This document shows positions 19,403 to 29,719 of a DNA stretch of 64,000 nucleotides, piece after piece. The notes below the pieces were generated by a model. That model worked only from the letters and a program-made list of their open reading frames with translations. It did no database searches and had not been told where the DNA came from. Positions within the stretch are counted from its first letter, which is position 1. The number at the start of each line of letters is the position of its first letter. A program made the translations under genes and the position numbers. The stretch is from an uncultured delta proteobacterium (GTDB lineage: Bacteria > Desulfobacterota > Binatia > Binatales > Binataceae), in the NCBI GenBank assembly GCA_963794325.1, contig CAWCDG010000004.1, positions 1,888,001-1,952,000 on the forward strand, written 5' to 3'.

Positions 19403-19668
19403 ATGGGTGATCCAAGCATCATCGCAGAGCCTCATCCGCCGAAGGCGTCGATCGAAACGATCGAGCGTGGGCTGCGAAATCATAATTTGGTTGCCACCGG
19501 GATGCGATCGAGCAACTTGCGATCGAACGCGGATGCGTCGGCTCCTACCTGGACACCTTCAGTTTCCAGGGGCGCCCGCTTTACGAGAAGATTGGCTATA
19601 AGGTCTTTGGTACGTTGGAAGACCATCCGAAAGGACATAGCCACTACTTCATGAAGAAGAGTCTTTGA
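19403..19668 (+). pseudogene. GNAT acetyltransferase remnant with out-of-frame internal deletion
   Basis: N-terminus MGDPSIIAEPH...ERGLRNHNLVATG; in another frame from 19501: AIEQLAIERGCVGSYLDTFSFQGRPLYEKIGYKVFGTLEDHPKGHSHYFMKKSL*. Confidence 0.75.
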
Positions 19669-20092
19669 TCTCACTTTAAGAAACCAAACGCCACTGATCG
19701 ATTGCGAAAGCCCTTCCTGGGTCAGCGGGTCTCTCGCGCTTTTCTTGCGAAGCAGACGGTATTTTCTACACACGTTCTCCTATTTTTACGCTGTAAAAGT
19801 TTCCGAGTTTCACGCGCGGAATCCGCGCTAACTCTCAAATAAGCGTTGAAAATCCAAGAAAAAGGTCGTGAGGCCTCAAAATTGCTTACCGGACGGTCGG
19901 ACTGATGACGAAATAAGCCGACGGAGAAGTTTAGCCGGAGGCCTGCTGCACACATCGGAGGGGTATGTGCTTACGTGTCGATGGCTGGATCGCTCTGCCC
20001 GAGCGTCACTGGATTCGCGTTCCCGGCATTCAAGCCTGTCACGCATCAACCTTTCGCTCGCCCACTCCGGCAGATTCGCGGGAGCGAGGGAT

Positions 20093-23000
20093 ATGCGTTC
20101 TAATTCAAATATTGGAAATGTCGTGCGTGCGACGATGCGGGTGGGAGTATTCGCGGCGGTCGCACTCGCGTTGACGTCGCTCGCGCTGGCCACGGCTGCG
20201 ATTGCCGGCGTTACTGGAGATCCCGCCGAGTTTAATCTGTGCCCAATCAACTTCACGCCGCCGAACGGCGATCCGTTTTTCTGCTCTCACAGCGAGACAA
20301 CCGGCGGGCAGCTCACTATCGGCAACTCGACCGTGACTATCTCCAATAACCCCGACACCGTGGACCTGGGCGCTTACAGCACCAGTGGTCTGGGACTTTT
20401 TGGCGTCGAAGTGATCGTTACTCCGACCAACGGTCAGGTATTCGGCGGTCCGGCGCAAGTCGTGCCGGGCGGCCTGCTCGGGCTCACTGGGACTTTGGCA
20501 CCGCTCTCCCAACCGCTCGATCCGATCAATCAGGTGACGTCCTCGATCGAGCTGGCGGGTCCGATTACACCGGCGACGGTGGTCGATCCGACCGCCACCA
20601 TGGCGTTCTTCTGCGGGGGCGGACCAGTGGGGAGCTGTTTGGACGGACCGGATCCGTTCAGTGTGGTCACGGTCCCAATCAAGGTTCATCTTCACAATGA
20701 CGCGGTGCTCGGTCCTAGCTGTTATATCGGATCGGACGCCGATCCGATTGTCCTCAACCTGGTGGAAACCCCGACGAGTTCGCCGGTGCTCGCTTCAGGC
20801 GGACCCGGGGGCAACGCGCTCATATCCACCGGCGTGGAGGTGGCTGATAACACTTTCGCGGTTCCGGGGGCGAACGGCTGTGGACTTCTCGGGGCGCTCG
20901 ACGCGGCGCTCGACCTGAAGGTTGGACTGCCTTCGCCGTCGGGCAAGAATTCGGCGCTGATCGATGAGAACGGCGAGGTCGAAGCCGCCCAATTTCTGTT
21001 GCCTCCAACCCCCACTCCAACCCCGACGCTGACCGCGACAGCAACTGCCACACCAACGGCGGTCCCGACTATAGGTGCGACGGCCACCGCCACTGCCACG
21101 GCAACTGTGACTGAGACGGTCACGGCTTCAACCGCAACTCCAACTGCGACGGCAACTCCGACGGTCACCGGCACGGCGACGCCGACCGCGACGCCGACTC
21201 CGGGAAAGTTGACCGTCAATCCACTTGCGCTGTCATTCGCGCAGCAGGAAGTGGGGACTACCTCGGCCGCCAAGAATGTAACTCTAACCAACCCGAACCG
21301 AACTTCATTGCAGATTAACACCATCACGAATACAGGAGATTTCAGCATCTCGAGCGATGGCTGCAGTGGGACCAGCCTTGCGCCCAGCGCGAATTGCGTT
21401 GTGAGCGTCGACTTCGGACCGACCCAGACCGGAACCCGCACGGGGGTCTTGACGATCACCGACACCGCGTCGAACAGTCCTCAGGCGGCAAATCTTTCGG
21501 GCACAGGCATCCTGGTGAAGCCGACTTTTTCGCCGACACACCTGAGTTTCGGCGACCGGCCGGTGGAGGTTGCCAGCGCCCCGCAGACCGTCACCTTGAC
21601 CAACCCCAACAGCATTGCGCTGAGCGTGACCAGCGCCGTGCCATCGGGTGATTATACGGTGACCAATGATACCTGCAGCGGAACGCAGGTCGCGGCGAGC
21701 GGGACCTGCACGTTCGATGTGATATTCACTCCGTCCCAGACGGGGACCAGAAGCGGAAAAATCATCATCACCGACAACGCGACCCCATCGACCCAAACCT
21801 ACATGGTGGCCGGAGCGGGCATTTTGGTGACTCCGACGGTGTCGCCGAAATCCCTGTCGTACGGCAAGGTCCAGGTGAATACCGTTTCGCCGCCGCAGAC
21901 GGTAACGCTGTCCAATTCCAACCAGGTAGAGGTGACTTTCTCTTCAATCGCGACCAGTGGTCCATATGCGATAACGGCGAACAGTTGCGACTCGTCGGTT
22001 CCCGCGAATTCGAGCTGCCAGGTCTCGGTGACTTTCAATCCGACTACTGACAGCAAAGTCAATGGAACCACCGAAACCGGCAAGCTGGTCTTCACTGATA
22101 ACGGGCAGTCGCCCACGCAGACAGTGACTCTAAGCGGAATCGCGTTTGGTAACCCGGCGACGGCAACCCCGAGCAACACGCCGACTCCGACTGCTACTGC
22201 AACCGGAGCGACACCGACCGCGACTGCAACAGCGACCGCGACGGTAGCAGCGACGGCAACTGCAACGGCCACCGCAACCCGAACGGCCACTGCAACTGCG
22301 ACGGCAACTGCGACGCGGACCGCAACAGCGACAGCTACCACGACCGCGACCGCCACGCAGACCGCAACGTCGACGGCCACAGTGACCGCGACTGCTACAC
22401 CGACGGTGACTGCGACGTCGACCACGACTGCCACCGCGACGGCAACTGCGGGTGGGTCGTCCACTCCGTCGGCAACCCCGACCAGCACGCCGGGGCCCGA
22501 GGCGGGCAGCGTCCTGATTGCGGGGGGAGATGAGGGCGGCCAGCTGGGCGGATTCATCAACCTGGCGACCGATACTGTTTCGAGCAACAACGCGCAGGTC
22601 TTCAACGCCTCGACCGACACCTTCCTGCTGGTCGGGAACATGAACAGCCCGCGCGAATCGGCGGTGGCAGTTCCGCTGCCCAACGGGCTGACCCTGATCG
22701 TTGGCGGTCAGTCGTGTTCGGCCAAGACAGTGGGCGGACAGAGCGGGTTCCAGTGCGACGCGCTGCAGACCTCGGAGCTATACAACGAGAACACCCGGGC
22801 GTTCACCTTGGCCGGCAGCGGCAGCGGCGGCTTGATGACGATCGCGCGCAGCGGCCCGAGCGCAACTCTGATTTCGGGCAGCGGCACCGCGCTGGACGGC
22901 CAGGTGCTGATAGTGGGCGGCTCGACCGGCAGTTCGTTCCTGAGCATCACGGCGCCGACCCCGGGACCGGGAGTCCCGACTGGGCAGGTGGCGTTGAGCA

Positions 23001-24238
23001 CGGCCGAGGTGTACAACCCGGCGACCGACGCGTTTACCGCGACCACCAACTCGATACCGGGATGCCCGGCGGGCACCTCCCCGCCGGCCTGCACCACCGG
23101 CCTGGCCTCGATCTGCGCCGGAGCTACCAGTAACGTCAGTACCGCCAGTGAGAGCGGGACCACCGTAACCATCACGATGAGCTCGGCCAATCCGACCGGC
23201 CTGACGGTGGGAGACGGGGTGACGATATCCAACCTGCAGTGCCCAACCTGTGCGGGGACCAACACCTACGACGGATCGTTCACCGTGTTGACGATTCCCG
23301 ACAGCACCCATTTCACTTATACCTCGCCCTTCTCAGGCTTGACCGCGGGCTCGGGTGGAACGGCGGCGTCCGACACATTCGAGTGCGGCATGGTGGACCA
23401 GGGCGCAGCGCTGATCCCCAACGACAACGGCAAGGTGCTGCTAACCGGCGGCGACATCCTGACCTTCCTTGGCCAAGCGTCGAACACCGCGTTCCTGTTC
23501 GATCCGGCAACCCAGACCTTCAGCCGGACCGGCTCGATGACCAATGCGCGCGAGTTGTTCCCGCTGATAGCGCTGGATCCGGCGGTGGTCACCGGCGCGC
23601 TGTCGGGACAAGTGGTGGCCTATGGTGGCATCCAGGCAACCTCGCACGTCTGTCTCAACAATCCGAACAAGCCGGTGTTGGTGACGACGCTTAACAGTGC
23701 CGAAGTGTACAACCCTGCGACGGGTACCTGGAGTGCGGCGGCCAACACCATGGGGGTGAAGCGTGCGGCGCTGGCAACCCTGATCGAGGCCGGCAGTCTG
23801 GCGGGCGAGGTGATTCTGCCCGGCGGCGTCGATGTTGAGGCAGGCACCGCGCCTTCTACCTGCGTGACAACCACCGGCATCAAGCAGGCGGCGGAGGCTG
23901 AGACCGATCTGTACGATCCGGCGACCGGGACCGGCGGAACGTTTGCCGCGACCGGCTCGCTCAACCAGGCGCGCGAAGGCCAGGGCCAAGGTGAGATCGG
24001 AGCGGGAACCGAGGTTACCGAGATACTGGCAGCGGGTGGCGCGTGCACGACAACGACGCCGAGTTTGCAGTCGGTGCCGATCGGCACCTCGCAGGCGGCT
24101 ACCACCTGCAGCAGCTCGAACGCGCAGAACGATTACTCGGAGCTGTACAGCCAGTCGACCGGAACCTGGACGGTTGGACCGGCGCCGGCCAGCGGCTTTA
24201 CGCCGACCAACGCGCCGGCAGCGGCGGTGCTTCCATAG
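20093..24238 (+). CDS. Large secreted/surface protein: Cys-containing N-terminal domain, TA linkers, three choice-of-anchor D/Ig-like (ASH) domains, kelch-like propeller
   Basis: Signal peptide; repeats of LSF..Q.V...S....VTLTN...C...C...V.F.P...G...G; (TA)n tracts; kelch-type AEVYNPAT repeats. Confidence 0.85.
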   Translation: MRSNSNIGNVVRATMRVGVFAAVALALTSLALATAAIAGVTGDPAEFNLCPINFTPPNGDPFFCSHSETTGGQLTIGNSTVTISNNPDTVDLGAYSTSGLGLFGVEVIVTPTNGQVFGGPAQVVPGGLLGLTGTLAPLSQPLDPINQVTSSIELAGPITPATVVDPTATMAFFCGGGPVGSCLDGPDPFSVVTVPIKVHLHNDAVLGPSCYIGSDADPIVLNLVETPTSSPVLASGGPGGNALISTGVEVADNTFAVPGANGCGLLGALDAALDLKVGLPSPSGKNSALIDENGEVEAAQFLLPPTPTPTPTLTATATATPTAVPTIGATATATATATVTETVTASTATPTATATPTVTGTATPTATPTPGKLTVNPLALSFAQQEVGTTSAAKNVTLTNPNRTSLQINTITNTGDFSISSDGCSGTSLAPSANCVVSVDFGPTQTGTRTGVLTITDTASNSPQAANLSGTGILVKPTFSPTHLSFGDRPVEVASAPQTVTLTNPNSIALSVTSAVPSGDYTVTNDTCSGTQVAASGTCTFDVIFTPSQTGTRSGKIIITDNATPSTQTYMVAGAGILVTPTVSPKSLSYGKVQVNTVSPPQTVTLSNSNQVEVTFSSIATSGPYAITANSCDSSVPANSSCQVSVTFNPTTDSKVNGTTETGKLVFTDNGQSPTQTVTLSGIAFGNPATATPSNTPTPTATATGATPTATATATATVAATATATATATRTATATATATATRTATATATTTATATQTATSTATVTATATPTVTATSTTTATATATAGGSSTPSATPTSTPGPEAGSVLIAGGDEGGQLGGFINLATDTVSSNNAQVFNASTDTFLLVGNMNSPRESAVAVPLPNGLTLIVGGQSCSAKTVGGQSGFQCDALQTSELYNENTRAFTLAGSGSGGLMTIARSGPSATLISGSGTALDGQVLIVGGSTGSSFLSITAPTPGPGVPTGQVALSTAEVYNPATDAFTATTNSIPGCPAGTSPPACTTGLASICAGATSNVSTASESGTTVTITMSSANPTGLTVGDGVTISNLQCPTCAGTNTYDGSFTVLTIPDSTHFTYTSPFSGLTAGSGGTAASDTFECGMVDQGAALIPNDNGKVLLTGGDILTFLGQASNTAFLFDPATQTFSRTGSMTNARELFPLIALDPAVVTGALSGQVVAYGGIQATSHVCLNNPNKPVLVTTLNSAEVYNPATGTWSAAANTMGVKRAALATLIEAGSLAGEVILPGGVDVEAGTAPSTCVTTTGIKQAAEAETDLYDPATGTGGTFAATGSLNQAREGQGQGEIGAGTEVTEILAAGGACTTTTPSLQSVPIGTSQAATTCSSSNAQNDYSELYSQSTGTWTVGPAPASGFTPTNAPAAAVLP

Positions 24239-24339
24239 CCCGTTCGTTCGTGGCGGGGAAAGTGGCGATGCCGTCCCTCGAAAGGGGGGCGGCATCGTTG
24301 CATCTGGACGGCGCGCGCGGCCGGCGGTAAAGCAGCAGA

Positions 24340-25519
24340 ATGAACAACACCTCTGGCGAATATTATTTCACGCGGCTCGAGACAGTGGTCTTTGGAGTCG
24401 GCAAAGTTGAAACGATCGGGCGCGAACTGTCGCGGCGCGGGGCGAAGCGCGCATTGATCGTGACAGGGAAGACGCTCGGCCGATCGAAACTGCTGGACAA
24501 GGTCAAACTGGCGGCGGGATCCGCGCTGGCGGGAGTGTTCGCGGGCGCCGCACAGCATGTGCCGTCGCAAACAGTGACCGAACTGGTCGCCGAGGCGCGA
24601 AGGGTCGGCGCGGATGCGATGATCAGTTTCGGCGGCGGCAGTCCGATCGACACGGTGAAAAACGCGGCGTGGCAGTTGATGGGCGGCCGTGCGGGCTCGC
24701 GCACGATCGATCTCGGCCCATCCACCGCAGGGGCTGCAAGCGGCAGTGAGATTCTGCATATCGCGATACCGACGACACTGTCGGCGGGCGAATTCACGCC
24801 GGCGGGCGGCGTCACCGACGAGTCGAGCAGAGTGAAAGGAGGAGTTGCCGACCCGCGGCTGCAGGCTCAGATCGGTGATTCTCGATCCGGCGCTGACGGT
24901 TGAGACACCGGCGTGGCTGTGGGCGTCGACCGGGATGCGCGCGCTCGATCACGCGGTCGAGGGTTCCTATTCGACGCGGCATCAGGTGGTTACCGACACG
25001 CTGGCGGCGAAGGCGATAAAGCTGCTGAATGCGCATCTGCTGCCTTCGCTGCAAACGCATGGCGACGACGAGCTCGAGCATCGCGTGCAATGCCAGCTTG
25101 CGGCGTGGCTCTCGATTTTCGGCATGTCGAATACGCGCGGCGGAATCTCGCACGCGCTGGGCCATCAGATTGGACCGATGTGGAACGTCCCGCACGGCGT
25201 CACGTCATGCATCACGCTGCCGCATGTGATGCGCTTCATGGCCGGCGTCGCGGCGGATCGCTTCGCACCGATCGCGGAGGGATTCGACGTGCGTTTCGAT
25301 GCAAGGAATCCACACTCGTCGGCGATGGAATGCGCGGAGCGCGCGGCTAAATTTATCGGCAAGTTCGAAGTGCCGACGCGGCTGCGTGATGTAGGAGTGC
25401 CGCGCGAGGAAATATCGCGCATCGCGGGGACAGTGCTCGAAGAAGTGAAGCGGTCGAATACGGTGGGCGTCGAGGTGACGCAGGAGGAGTTGGTGAAGAT
25501 CCTGGAGGGCGCGTATTGA
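24340..25519 (+). pseudogene. Iron-containing alcohol dehydrogenase/maleylacetate reductase family, split by a +1 frameshift near 24865; possibly a sequencing error
   Basis: GGGSPID and IPTTLSAGE in ORF 24340..24903; ILDP, ALDHAVE, HALGH, PHG in ORF 24845..25519. Confidence 0.85.
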
Positions 25520-25594
25520 GTGGGATGCGGTATTGCGCAGCACACCCAGAATCTTAAGCAAATTCGGTCCCTCACCCGCCGCGCGCGGACGCGC

Positions 25595-26950
25595 TGAGCG
25601 ACCGGGATGATCGGTAACACTTTAGACCGGCATGATAGGTAACACTATTTCTGAGTTTGACGGGGAGGAGCGCGAGGGGGCTGCCCCCCTCGCCCGACTG
25701 TGGAACTGCTGGCAGGCTGCAGGCGGCGCAGTTTTAAGCTGACGCCGTCGATGAGCCCGAGTATCAGCGGTCCGTAGTAGGCCACCGCATCTCCCTCATC
25801 GGTTTCAACTATTCCTACTACCTCATTGCTCAAAGTCTCGCTCAGGAAGACCGATTCCCCCTGCCATTTGATATCGCCGGTGTGGCGCACGCGCCGCGGC
25901 TGGTAGTCGGCCGGATAGGCGGGATCCTCGAGCCTGGACGGATAGCTGCGCGGCGACGGTGTATAGTGCGTCGCCGGCGCGGTCTGACCCAGCGCCTCGT
26001 GTGGCCGCTGCTGATTGAACTCTTCGCGGAACTGATCGAAGCGATTCTGCTGCGAGCCACGGTCGGCTTGCGGCGGACTGGCGCATTCGGCCTTGAGCGT
26101 CTTGTGCATCCGTTCGTGCCGCCCGTTCTGCTCTGGCCTGCCCGGTTCGATCCGCTCCGGCATGATGCCGAGCTTTAGCCACCACACCGACAGCCGACTG
26201 AGTCCGGTCACCCCGCTCGAGGCGAACGGTGGACCGTTATCCGAGCGGATCGCGCGTGGCAGGCCGTACTCCCGAAACACCCGCTCCAGCTCGCTGCGGC
26301 AGTCGTCGTAGCCAGCTTTATTGACCGCCTTGACGCATAACAGGTAGCGGCTGTAGGCGTCGGTCAGAGTGAAGGGATCGCAGCGCATGCCGTCCTGGGT
26401 ATGGAACGGGCCCTTGAAATCGGTACACCAGATGTCGTTGGGCGCCAATGCCGTGCGCAAGGGGATCGGCGACGGTCGCGCGCTGCGCCGCCGCTTGCGC
26501 GGCTGGCTGAGTTGTTCGCGGCGCAGCAACTCTCCGATGGTGCTCGGCGCCGGCCAGCTCTGGTTGGGCGCGCTTTGGCTGAGTCTGGCGCGCAGCTTCT
26601 TCGGTCCCCAACTCGGATGCGCCCGGCGCACTGCGATGATCGCCTCGGCCTGGGCGTCGCATATCGCCCATGGCACCAGCGCCGGCGCGTGCGATCGTTC
26701 CTTCAGTCCCTCAGGGCCGAACTGCCGGTAACGCGCCCACCACTTGTACGCGGTCTTGCGGCTGATGCCGAAGTCCTCGCACAGCTCCGTCACGCTCTCC
26801 TCTTCGGCCGACAGCGCCACCATCAACCGCATCTTCTCGTCCATCGAACAGACCTCCCGCCACGGCATCGCTTCGCTCCTCCTGCCGTAGCATTCAATCT
26901 GTTACCCATCCTGCCGGTCTATTCTGTTACCGATCCTCCCGGTCTGTACC
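25595..26950 (-). mobile_element. IS481-family insertion sequence
   Basis: Imperfect IRs with doubled GACCGG-N-GGTAACA motifs at both ends; CGC duplicated at 25592-25594 and 26951-26953. Confidence 0.85.
25645..26868 (-). CDS. IS481-family transposase
   Basis: MPWREV..., HTH (FGISRKTAYKW), rve DDE core: WCTDFKG, SDNG, NGRHERMHKTLK. Confidence 0.95.
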   Translation of the reverse strand: MPWREVCSMDEKMRLMVALSAEEESVTELCEDFGISRKTAYKWWARYRQFGPEGLKERSHAPALVPWAICDAQAEAIIAVRRAHPSWGPKKLRARLSQSAPNQSWPAPSTIGELLRREQLSQPRKRRRSARPSPIPLRTALAPNDIWCTDFKGPFHTQDGMRCDPFTLTDAYSRYLLCVKAVNKAGYDDCRSELERVFREYGLPRAIRSDNGPPFASSGVTGLSRLSVWWLKLGIMPERIEPGRPEQNGRHERMHKTLKAECASPPQADRGSQQNRFDQFREEFNQQRPHEALGQTAPATHYTPSPRSYPSRLEDPAYPADYQPRRVRHTGDIKWQGESVFLSETLSNEVVGIVETDEGDAVAYYGPLILGLIDGVSLKLRRLQPASSSTVGRGGQPPRAPPRQTQK

Positions 26951-26989
26951 CGCGTCGACCTCTCCCCGCGTGGGGAGAGGGGATTCGCG

Positions 26990-27367
26990 CTAGGGGAGGG
27001 TGGGGCCGATGTCGTGGGAGTAGGGGGTTTGATCGGTGACGCCCCATTGCGAGCCGGGGAGGTTTGGGAGGGGGGTGTCGCTCGGCGCGTCGGGGCCGTC
27101 AACCGTAACTGCGCCGCCGCCTGGAATTGGAATCGTCACCGTGTCCGGATTGGGCGCATCGTCGGCCGGGGGCATCGTGAGATCGGTCGGCGACGGATAG
27201 CTGGCGGCATTGTCGCCGTAAGAGGCGTCGGGAAGCGGGACCGCGCCTTCTTGCGCGCGCGCGATTCCGGCGGCGAATAACAGTATCGCGGCAATTGCGA
27301 ATAAAAGTCTCGCGTGTCGTAATGACAGCGCGATCGATCTTTGCGCACGTTGAGCGAGAGGTCGCAT
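26990..27367 (-). CDS. Hypothetical secreted Pro/Asp-rich protein
   Basis: Signal-peptide-like LLFAIAAILLFAAGIARA-Q, then a low-complexity acidic mature part. Confidence 0.55.
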   Translation of the reverse strand: MRPLAQRAQRSIALSLRHARLLFAIAAILLFAAGIARAQEGAVPLPDASYGDNAASYPSPTDLTMPPADDAPNPDTVTIPIPGGGAVTVDGPDAPSDTPLPNLPGSQWGVTDQTPYSHDIGPTLP

Positions 27368-27416
27368 TCATTGGATCGTATCAATTGGGAGCCTTTTGGA
27401 AAACCGGGAGGAACGG

Positions 27417-28016
27417 ATGATTAAGCTGTACGGATCGTCGATGTCGCGTGCGGGGCGAAGCCTGTGGGCGTTGGAAGAGACCGGTGTGAAATTCGAGCAG
27501 GTGATAGTGGGTGAGACGCGAACGCCGGAATATTTGAAGATAAATCCGAACGGGCATGTCCCGGCGCTCGACGACAACGGGACGATAATCTGGGAGTCGA
27601 TGGCGATAAATCTGTACCTCGCGGAAAAATACGGGAAGGCGCCGCTGTGGCCGTCAACCGTCGAGGGTCATGGCGCGTGCTACCAGTGGAGTCTTTGGGC
27701 CATGACCGAAATCGAAACGCCGATGATCAATATTTTTCTACATCGACTGATGCTGCCGGCCGAGCAGCGGGACGAGAAGGTGGCGCTGGCCGGAATCGAG
27801 ACGCTGAAGGCGCCATTCAAGGTGATCGACGATCAGTTGCGCAAGTCGGAATATCTGCTGGGCAAGGAATTCACGATTGCGGATCTCAATGTTGCGTCGG
27901 TGATGAGTATCACGCAGTACCTGCAACTGGATCTTTCGGCGATTCCAACGGCGCAAAAGTGGTTGCAGAAGTGCGTGGAGCGTCCAGCGAATCAGCGAGT
28001 GCGCGCGATGAAATAG
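27417..28016 (+). CDS. Glutathione S-transferase family protein
   Basis: INPNGHVP, WESMAINLYL, FTIADL; RBS GGAGG. Confidence 0.92.
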   Translation: MIKLYGSSMSRAGRSLWALEETGVKFEQVIVGETRTPEYLKINPNGHVPALDDNGTIIWESMAINLYLAEKYGKAPLWPSTVEGHGACYQWSLWAMTEIETPMINIFLHRLMLPAEQRDEKVALAGIETLKAPFKVIDDQLRKSEYLLGKEFTIADLNVASVMSITQYLQLDLSAIPTAQKWLQKCVERPANQRVRAMK

Positions 28017-28203
28017 CGTGGAGAGGCCCCCCGGCGCAGGGTTAATTTTCGCCAGCCGTATTGACTTTGGGGGCCTTGGCTGTAGCTTTCATGTCTGTAG
28101 AATCGTCGGTGGCATTTCTGCTCAGCCAAAGGGTCATATTGAGAGTAGCTAGCGATTTTTCGCGAATCCCGAGAAAATTTGGCGCTATGGTCAAGGTGAT
28201 CTG

Positions 28204-28923
28204 ATGCCTGCATGTGGGCATTGCGGCAAAGATAGCCCCGAAGGCACGGTATTCTGTGGATACTGTGCGGCTCCGCTGATGAGTCCATCGGGCTGGCCGA
28301 AACCGGCTGGCAGGCCGATTGTCGCGCCTCAGATACGCGGAGGATCTCCTACTCCTGCGCCGCCGGCCAAACCGCCCAAGCCGGAAATTCGCATGCCCGT
28401 TCAGGCTACGCCGCCAAGCGGAGCGGGCAGAGGCAAGGGCCGATTCGAGCTGCTTCCGTGGAGCGAACTTTCCGCGGGTCAGCGAGCGGGCCGAGTAGGA
28501 GCGGGTGCGATCGCATTGTTCGTAATACTTTTCCTGGTTCGCGGGATGCTGCACAGCATGATTGGGTCGAACGCGAGCGGCCCTGCGCCCACCGCGTACG
28601 GCGCGAACCTTCCTATTGCCGAAGGCGATCGTAAAGAGGGGATCGAATCGTTGTGCAAGGTATTTCAAATCTACGGGCTGCCGAACAACGACAGCGGCGC
28701 GACCGAAGCGGTACACAACGCCGTGGGAATATTCAAACTCGCGGACAATCAGTCGCCCGAGCGCAGCAGGTATATTCTGATTTCGCTCCTAGGAGAGTTC
28801 CGCGGCGGCAAATTGAGCGAGGCTGACTGCGCGCAAGCGGGAGCGCCACTTGCAAAGGTTGCTTCCCCCGGTGCGGGATCCACCCCCAGCTTCGATGAAG
28901 CAAAACACGCATTCGTCTATTAG
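28204..28923 (+). CDS. Zinc-ribbon domain membrane protein (paralog 1)
   Basis: CGHCG..FCGYC, Pro-rich linker, one TM, C-terminal helical domain with two Cys. Confidence 0.75.
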   Translation: MPACGHCGKDSPEGTVFCGYCAAPLMSPSGWPKPAGRPIVAPQIRGGSPTPAPPAKPPKPEIRMPVQATPPSGAGRGKGRFELLPWSELSAGQRAGRVGAGAIALFVILFLVRGMLHSMIGSNASGPAPTAYGANLPIAEGDRKEGIESLCKVFQIYGLPNNDSGATEAVHNAVGIFKLADNQSPERSRYILISLLGEFRGGKLSEADCAQAGAPLAKVASPGAGSTPSFDEAKHAFVY

Positions 28924-28999
28924 CTGAGACCCCGGATGGGACTTACTTACAGAGCACACTCATGTCGTGTAAAAGTTCAGCGGCGGCGAAGGTGATCTG

Positions 29000-29719
29000 A
29001 TGCCTGCGTGTGGACATTGCGGCAAAGATAATCCGGAAGACACGGCATTCTGCGGATACTGTGCGGCTCCGCTGATGAGTCCATCCGGCGAGCAGAAGCC
29101 GGCTGGCAGGCCGATTGTCGCGCCTCAAATCCGCGGAGGCTCCCCTCCGCCGGCATCGCCGCCCAAGCCGCCCAAGCCGGAAATTCGCACGCCCACGTTG
29201 CAGGCTCCGCCGCCAGGTGGCGCCGGCAGAGGCAAGGGCGGATTCGAATTGCTTCCGTGGAGCGAACTTTCCTTCGGTCAGCGGGCGGGACGAGTGGTCG
29301 CTGGCGCGATCGTCGTGTTCCTGATTCTTTTCTTTGTGCGTGGAATGTTACACGGGCTGATTGCATCGAGCACGAGCGGACCGGCGCCCGCTGCGGAAGG
29401 ATCGAACCCTCCGATTACGGAAGGCGATCGCAAGGACGGAATCGAGTCGTTGTGCAAGGTATTTCAGATCTATGGGTTGCCCAAAAACGACAGCGGTGCG
29501 ACCGAAGCGGTACACAACGCGGTAGAACTGTTCAAGCTCGCCGGCAACCAGTCGCCCCAGCGCAGCACCTATATCCTGACTTCGATCGTTGCAGAGTTCC
29601 GCGGCGGTAAACTGGGTCAGGCCGACTGCGCGCAAGCGGGAGCGCCCATCCCCACCAACTCGGAAGAGAGCCCGGACAACTCGAATCCCGATGTCCAGAG
29701 AGAAAACGGCCAGCAGTAG
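29000..29719 (+). CDS. Zinc-ribbon domain membrane protein (paralog 2)
   Basis: Same length and architecture as 28204..28923, highly similar sequence. Confidence 0.75.
   Translation: MPACGHCGKDNPEDTAFCGYCAAPLMSPSGEQKPAGRPIVAPQIRGGSPPPASPPKPPKPEIRTPTLQAPPPGGAGRGKGGFELLPWSELSFGQRAGRVVAGAIVVFLILFFVRGMLHGLIASSTSGPAPAAEGSNPPITEGDRKDGIESLCKVFQIYGLPKNDSGATEAVHNAVELFKLAGNQSPQRSTYILTSIVAEFRGGKLGQADCAQAGAPIPTNSEESPDNSNPDVQRENGQQ

Noticed and set aside
19895-19925. CTGATGA...GAAA resembling a hammerhead ribozyme core
   Set aside because: There is no room for stem II between CTGATGA and GAAA, and no stem III or cleavage triplet arrangement.
22150-22500. Periodic ACN-GCN repeats (also ~21010-21200 and ~42640-42800) as a possible CRISPR or tandem array
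   Set aside because: They encode Thr-Ala linkers in frame, with synonymous variation and no repeat-spacer structure.
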